From Balanoglossus misakiensis (taxonomy: Eukaryota > Animalia > Hemichordata): 64,000 nucleotides of DNA. Of this stretch, positions 56,801-64,000 are shown piece after piece (positions within the stretch are counted from its first letter, which is position 1; the number at the start of each line of letters is the position of its first letter). The translations under genes and the position numbers were made by a program. The notes under the pieces are model-generated. The model was not told where the DNA came from. It did no database searches and saw only the letters and a program-made list of their open reading frames with translations. The DNA lies in assembly GCA_040954595.2 (NCBI GenBank), contig CM082576.2, positions 13,457,129 to 13,521,128 of the forward strand, written 5' to 3'.

Positions 56801-58815
56801 AGTTTAGAGTGACACCGTTTTTGGTGCCTCGGACTTTCAAAGCATAAGCCCACCTCTCTCCACACGTCATTTCTGGACAGTCGCTAGCCAAAAAATGTAA
56901 AACGCGGCGGATCTTTTCTTGTCTTGAGGTCACTCATACATAATTAATAATTCTGTTCCACGTCAGGCTGACGTCTGGATAGTTAGCCTCGCAGTAAAAT
57001 CCACCTTCTTCTCATATTCAATATCGCTGACAGTTCTCGCTAGTCTCGTTTACTAAGCAAGGTGCCCCCAATGCACCGTTGGCAGACTTATTGGCTGGAA
57101 TGGTGACGTCACTTGGCGTCTCTGACACCCCTGGGCCGGGAAAACTTCCTTGCGAGTAATGTGTGAACTTACACTAACATACACACACATTTTGACTTCA
57201 TAGATTTCTCGCCAATCATCAGAGTATCGGTTTTACAAGCAAACCTTATGTCAATAACCTTGTTGTTAGGGGGTTTGGAATTGCTCACGTGGATCACCCG
57301 ATAAAAGCTTGGCGAGGTTTTTTTGCTTATCGACGTGCGTAAGTCTACCCCCTACTACCACTCCGCCGTCCCTGTAAATCACGTTGACATTGACAATAAA
57401 CAGCTCCGAGAGTGTTGACAAATTACCCACGATGATGCGCTATCCTAAATCGTTGTTTGTAATGGGGAGCACCAGCAGATATGCGAGCTAAAATACAACG
57501 TGGTCAGACAAGTCGCCAAATCGTAAACTGACTCCCACAGTAGAAACGCTAAACAGACTCGAGTCAGCGAACCCCACGACCGTCAGTAAGATATTACGTG
57601 TGAAACCCCGTCTCGAGGAACGCCCGGCGCGGCACGAATAACGCGGTAACTTGTGACAAATGTTACCGAGGGGCCGGGGCCTGCCACGATAACACTGCCT
57701 GTGTGCGGCTTGGGGGTTGAAGTTCTTCGTATGAAAAAAAAACACATCAAGATATAAAACGTAAACGGTTATCAGTTGGTTGCAGGAATCTGAGGGCAAA
57801 TGATAAAATTAAGTTTAAAGGAAGCAGTGTTTCTCCTCCAAAATGGTTTGTCAACTGGTCACCCACAGCGCCGAGGTTCGATGATGTCAGACTTTTTTTT
57901 TAAAACAAAAAGTTGGCCGTTCTCCCTCCGCCTCTTCCGGCCGAGCCTTATCGCAGCATGAGGGCTGCTCGAATTCCCAACTTGAAATGTACAGTATTCA
58001 TTTTCATAGTTTTTGGAATCCCATCCAGCTTTAATGGCGTATCCCGTGACTCCATGAGTGTAAAAAGGTCACATGACATCCGATGTACATTTCATCAGGT
58101 TGGCTAATAAATTTCAGAAATCCTGCGCCAGACGATGACCTCAGTACGCCCGCCGTGGGTACAACCCACACCAGAGGACTATCTGCCAGTCAAAGAGAAA
58201 TATACAAAAGAAATCGACACGAGTGCTGTTTACGTTTATGGTTTAAGATTGTGAGTAAGAAAACCCGGCCGGACCGACCACGGCTGAGGCTTTCGACGCG
58301 CTGACAGACAAACCAAGAGGACCTAGGCGCTAACATTCGCAGTAAAGTGTAGAGGGTTTTCAGCTGATTCTTATTTTCATAACAACAAAAACACGGATTT
58401 TCAGTGCAGAAATCGACGCATTTCTTCGGGGATTGAAAATTCTCCTTGTTTCTAAGTCCAGAACATCCACTAATATTATAATTCAATGCGGGTAATTGCT
58501 ACTTTCAATACGGAGTGTACAGTTTCGGTATTTTTCCTCGTCTTGGATCAAATTCAAAGAATTGGTGCGACTGACTCAGGCGAGCAATTTGAGACGGTAT
58601 CATCTTGAAAGAACGCCCTCGGCATGTGTAGCGGATGACATACGGCATTGTGAACCAATTCCGCGTACCAGTGTCTTCCCGCATGGTATTATCCAGAAAT
58701 TCTGCCAGGGCACCAATTGATATCGCTAGTACTCTGTTGTCTGCACATTTCAGCGGATATTTAGCCACTGTCAACACTTGTCATTACCAGAGACAATCGC
58801 AGTCAGCATATACGT

Positions 58816-58896
58816 ATCCAGCAATCATGATCAACTTATTTATAAACTGCGAAAATCCAGCAATCATGATCAACTTATTTATAAACTGCGAAAATC
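58816..58896 (+). repeat. Perfect 39-bp tandem duplication
   Basis: atccagcaatcatgatcaacttatttataaactgcgaaa occurs twice (58816-58854, 58855-58893), followed by atc. Confidence 0.95.
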
Positions 58897-58981
58897 GATG
58901 AAAACGCCACACTGGAAAATAAATAAATAACGCACTTGTCAAATTAGTTATAGTCAGCGGAGGTGCATATCATTCAGTCAT

Positions 58982-59493
58982 TTCTTAGTCCCCGCGGACG
59001 AAGTCCAATGGACTGGGCTCAGTCCGTCCACTGATTTCATTCAACGGTGGTACAAGGACAATATACTAACTCGCACATGTGCGCGCACGTCAATTTATTT
59101 TGCGCTACGATCCAATTTGGTTGCCAGGTGGCCATTTTGTTTCGAATGTTTCATGTACGCAGCCATTACGCAGACATATCTGAACATACAACATTCAACT
59201 TTGGCATTAGGACAATGCATTATGATCGCAACATTTTCACAATATTTCATGTCTAAAACCATTAAGCAGACATGCCTGAAGATATTACATTTAAACTTGG
59301 CAAAAAGTACTGTACATATGTTCACGTGTTTCACGTGTCAGTCAAACTCAATGCGAGTACAGAGACCTTTGGTGTACATGTGCACGTTATATATTTTCTT
59401 GACTCGGCGGATTTTATTCCACCATGATTTCAATGTGTAATTTCCAAATGCTATTGATTCCGACGGCGACTGTGTCATCGCCAGTGATATGTT
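58982..59493 (+). mobile_element. Probable non-autonomous Helentron/HINE (DINE-1-like) element
   Basis: T-rich 5' flank, then subterminal agtccccgc (58987) with the adjacent short inverted repeat ggac-gaa-gtcc. A degenerate inverted partner acggcgact (59463, 2 mismatches) is followed by an imperfect 3' hairpin gtcatcgccagtgat and then tgtt. This layout matches HINE structure, but the ends are degenerate. Confidence 0.45.
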
Positions 59494-62400
59494 ACTGATA
59501 GACCAAACATGGCTATGTGATAAGGGCTATATCGTCTCAGTTTAATCACAAAAGACCACAATTCATCAGCAAATAGACAGCAAAAGACACACCAATAGAG
59601 ATCAGATTGTGATAAACGCCCATAGAATGTGGAATATCTCAAACTCTATGACTGATTTCAATAAAAAAAAATATCGCCTGACTAATTTATCGTTCGCAAA
59701 GTGCATTCATTTAACTCATTAAGTATTTATGCATTTTTGCAATTTATTTTACGCACACCGCGCTGTTTTGTCTTTCAGACAACGAACTTCTACTACCAGT
59801 TCCACAAAATAAACCCCCTCCCTCTTCTCTGTTCGTGTTCAGAAATTGCACCGCGCACACAGTTAAAAAGTGGCGGGAGCGATTCCCGCAATTTGTCGGC
59901 AATAAGCGATTACACAATGTAAGTTTGTCTCCGAAGTTGAAATATCTAAAAACCATTCGTTAGCTTAAGTGGTATCCAGTAACCGTTACCCACTCCAAAG
60001 TGAAAGCCGAACCGCATCTTCAAGATCCTGACAAAGAAAAGTATTAAAAATCAGAAGGATGGATGGACTGTCGAAACTACAGATGTTTAAGTCAATGATT
60101 GCGGACGGTAAGCAACGGAGAGGCAAACCCACGCCGCTAGTATTTGCCAAGACGGCTGTATGACCGTGATAGTATTACACATGAAAGCGCCAGCTTTGCT
60201 TTTAATCGATCGTCCGACAACCATCCAACTACTCGTCTATCTACAATTTTCAAGTGGTCGATCATCTCGAGTGTAGCTCAAATTTCGGATAAAATGCACG
60301 CCAAAATTCGAGTCGTGTTTATTTTGTGTTCACCGCCGCGATTGGGGAAAACATTGCAAATGGCTTTTTGATGTGACTGGCAGATGCGTTTGGCACTAGC
60401 GGTTAATGGCTATATGATTTTTTTTCTCTCTATTCGGGCCGAGAATGGAAGAAGAATGGGGGGAAGGCGATCCGTTTTCATATGTTTAATCGCGGCAGAA
60501 AAAAAAATCCAATATTAAGTTAAACATTTGGACGGCTACGTGATTAAAGCGAGGAGGTAAAGCGAGAAGTCAAATCACGGGGAATACGCTCATTAGTCGA
60601 CAATTAAATGACAGGAGGTAAGCTCAAACAAACCCACGTCAAGATCGCATGTCTTGTGTGTTACTCGATACCCCGATCGGATAGACATCCGCTTAGTTGA
60701 ATCTCATTTGCGTCGAAAGAACGACATTGCCCCTCCTCGTCATACAGGTGTCCAGGTGGTATGCGCTGAAGTATATCATTCACTAATTAGCGGAAGATCA
60801 GAATCGAAAAATAAAACGCGGACCGCTTAATAATAATTCGAGTTTCCACGTAATTTGGTGAGTTTTGACTCGAGCAACCTGGAAACGAAACCAAAAAAAG
60901 AGGGGTTGGTTTTGCCTGAACTGAATTTTGTATACTCCTTTTACTGTTCATCGCGAGAAGGTCGTCCCTGCATGCCTGGCCGCTAATGGACTCACTCTAT
61001 CCACCACAAATGGAAGGAAGAAAGAAAGCGAGAGCTCGCTATCGTATCTTCGAACGAAACAGATGGATTACTGCCTCTGAGGTCCGGTAACCCTGGCAAC
61101 TGTATGACTCATGTAGTATGCAGTGCGTTGCGACTACGGGGTCCCAGAATAGGTGTGGACTCACGATACAAACAAGACTTTTCCGGCGACACTCTTTTTT
61201 TTGAAAAAGTCCGTTATGCTTGTAATCAAGCCGACCATGTATTGGGGCAACACCAACTGTTCGTTCTTGGAAACACAAACTCCACCCATCATACTATCCT
61301 GTGTCAACGTCTCTTGTCCCTATTCTCTCTGGAACCCCAATCAGCTATTTTCATCCGTAAATACTAATATACAGAATATATGTACATGTATATACATGTA
61401 TATACGGTCTATTAAATAGAGAACCGAATAAATAGAAGACAAGCATAGTTTCCATCATCAACAAAATTCATGTATGATTGTAGTTATAGTTCGTTTCTCT
61501 TGAAAAGGACTAAGTTCAGTCCATTTTTCAGTATTTGGATATGCTTCATTGTTCTGTTCGCAATGAAATGTTGAAGTGTCTACTATTATACAAATAGGTA
61601 ACCACAGCCTTTCACACATGAGTTCAAGTTCGGTGCCCAGTAAAATGCTGTATACAGAACAACACAACATTCAACACAACACGCATCTCATATCTAGCTC
61701 TCTGCTGTATACTAGAATGTTTTGTTTACCTTTCGCCTAAGACAGACAACATAATACGCCCACTTTACCTTTGCAATATATAGGTTTGTGACAATCTATT
61801 CTTTAAATATTTTGACACAAAAATTACACTTTCGACGTAAATTGCTGAGAACACGTGTTTGGCGCTGTCAGGCTAAAGTGATCATGAGAACGAAACTAAG
61901 GTATCTCTGCCAAGTGGGACCATGGTCAGCAAAATATGAGAGCATTTTTATCGACAGTTGACGTCGCTGGATGTGCGAAGCGGAAACTTTCGTTCAAAAA
62001 CAGACGGGTTACAATCCAAGGAGACAAACCGAGTGAAAGGATGACGGTTGGCGAATAAAGAATACAGAATGGGCTGAGGGCATAAACGGGGAGGATTTCA
62101 GCTGTTTTCGTAGTGTGCACACGCATAGGTAATATTATCTTTCATGACATACTGAGAATAGAATATTTGGTCGCTGTCACACAAACATGAGCCTTGGAAT
62201 CATAATTCCGCTGGTCAAATTTCTTTTCGGCCCAGTGCCTGATGAAAATGTGGTGGTGCGAGAGAGAGAGAGAGAAAAAAAGTTCGGAAAATGGCAAAAT
62301 GTTGCAGCGCATACCTCCAGCACGGAGCGATTATGTATTATTAATATGCCGACATGGTACCTCATTAACTATGCATTTGTTTAGGACCAGCTGTACAGAA

Positions 62401-64000
62401 AATACTAGCAGGCAGCTAACATTGCAACCAGACACAGTTCTGACTTTGAATACTGCTCTTGTTGTCTTTGTTTCTCAGTCAAGAAGTTATTTAATATGTT
62501 CTACGTGATATGTGAACACTTTGAGGAAAATTTTTTGCGTGTATCAGAAATGTTTCAAAATTTACTGAACAGTGTGTAAGTAGAATTCACATTTAGATAA
62601 ATGAAAATAACTTGGAATAGAGAGATAACACCGAACAGAATAAGGTCTAAAGATTTATTTTGGTTTGTATTAATTAGCACAAACATTTGCCAAAATCAGA
62701 CTAATAAGATTTAAATTTTGTTGCGATATCACATTTAAGTTTTTAAAATCTTGTATTACCTGTGTTCAAACAATCACGTAAACAAAAATGGCAACAAAAC
62801 GAAAACAATATTTCACCCTTTTAAAAGGGAGATTTAGATTTTTAACACAAAACAATTTTCGATCTGATGAAACTTGAATTATACATAGAATATAGACCGT
62901 ACCAAAACTAATAGGAAAAGGACAATATTTGACATTTCGTGGCCAGTTTTGTCCTTATAAACCCCCGGTAACACCGTCGCTGTGCTTATTTTGCGCAATT
63001 CAGCAGATTTCTCACTAATATTCTACAAATGCTACTGGTACATACCCGCTTTCTAAAACAATAATCTTTACAAAAGTGATTGGTGAGCTGGGAGAGGTCA
63101 TTTTATTACATTGCTTTTAAGATACATGCACTTTTCCTTGAGCATGCTTGTGTCCAAATTTCTACAAAGCAGTACACTGGCGGCAGTAATTTGGATGTAT
63201 CGTTAGAAATTATTACGCCCACTCTTATTTCAAACATTCAACATTCATTTCTTGTACACAATTAAGAACAAAAACACATACATGTCTTGGTCAATAAAAT
63301 AACACGACATAATCTCAGCTGAAGACTGAAATCATGTAAATGAAAAAAAAAAGTCGTCAGAACTTAATAAACTGTAAGACACTTGCGTGGCATCGCATAA
63401 CACCCTCTATCGACCGCGTGGAGTAGGCATTTTATTCTACTCGTTTTATTACAGAACGCAGCGTTCTACAGAACTCCGAGTTGGGAATACTGAATCAATT
63501 ATGAAAGGTAATATTGCGTTAAAGAAGATTCGCGTAGCCTACAGCGTGCAAGTCTGTATGTACACCGTCTGTCTGCACATGCACCGAATGCCAGTCGAGG
63601 CCTTCGGGAAATGCACCATTATCTAAGACGTCAAATAGTGGAGATAATTCAATACATGTTTTGAAAGCAACTGGAAATATGTCTTTGAGTGAGAGAAGAA
63701 AAAAATGGAGCACCCGTAAACTTACAAATCATCTCCTCGAATCCCTCAGATGTCTTCGGGTATTGTTGAGAACTCGGATTCTACGCTGATTCGCCACACA
63801 TTTTCGAATACTAGTACAGTGTATCAAGCATAGGAAATGTTTACCATTTGTCTCAGTGTGTGTGTCACGGTGTCTGTGTGTGTCTTTCTAACAAGCTATT
63901 CCATCCACCCATCCACCCACTTCCGTCCACCAGTCTGCCTGTCCAGTTAGCTAACTATACCCTGCCATCTGTATTTATGTTTACCTGCAATCTTCCCTGC

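Noticed and set aside
61383-61405. Overlapping 18-bp perfect palindromes (gtatatacatgtatatac)
   Set aside because: Low-complexity TA/TACATG sequence, which is self-complementary by nature.

Overview
AT-rich animal genomic DNA with no sign of prokaryotic organisation. An invertebrate deuterostome such as a hemichordate or echinoderm is my inference from the protein's C-terminus; the sequence does not prove it. The only protein-coding gene I can support is a two-exon Six1/2 (sine oculis class) homeobox gene on the + strand, CDS join(25024..25577,26475..26817), 298 aa. It has a CCAAT-containing proximal promoter and an AATAAA at 27656. About 25 kb upstream and 36 kb downstream contain no recognisable coding sequence, consistent with a developmental-regulator gene desert. 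These flanks carry several non-autonomous DNA transposons defined by their own terminal inverted repeats (TIRs) and target-site duplications (TSDs): an 800-bp TTA-TSD Harbinger-like MITE, two TTAA-flanked Kolobok-like MITEs (one an almost complete fold-back) plus a degenerate third copy, a probable Helentron/HINE-like element, and three independent insertions of a tiny (61-74 bp) hairpin element with TAG...CTA ends and 9-bp TSDs within 5 kb. There are also many microsatellites and two short tandem duplications. All transcription-factor and miRNA site calls are motif matches read by eye and are hypotheses only.
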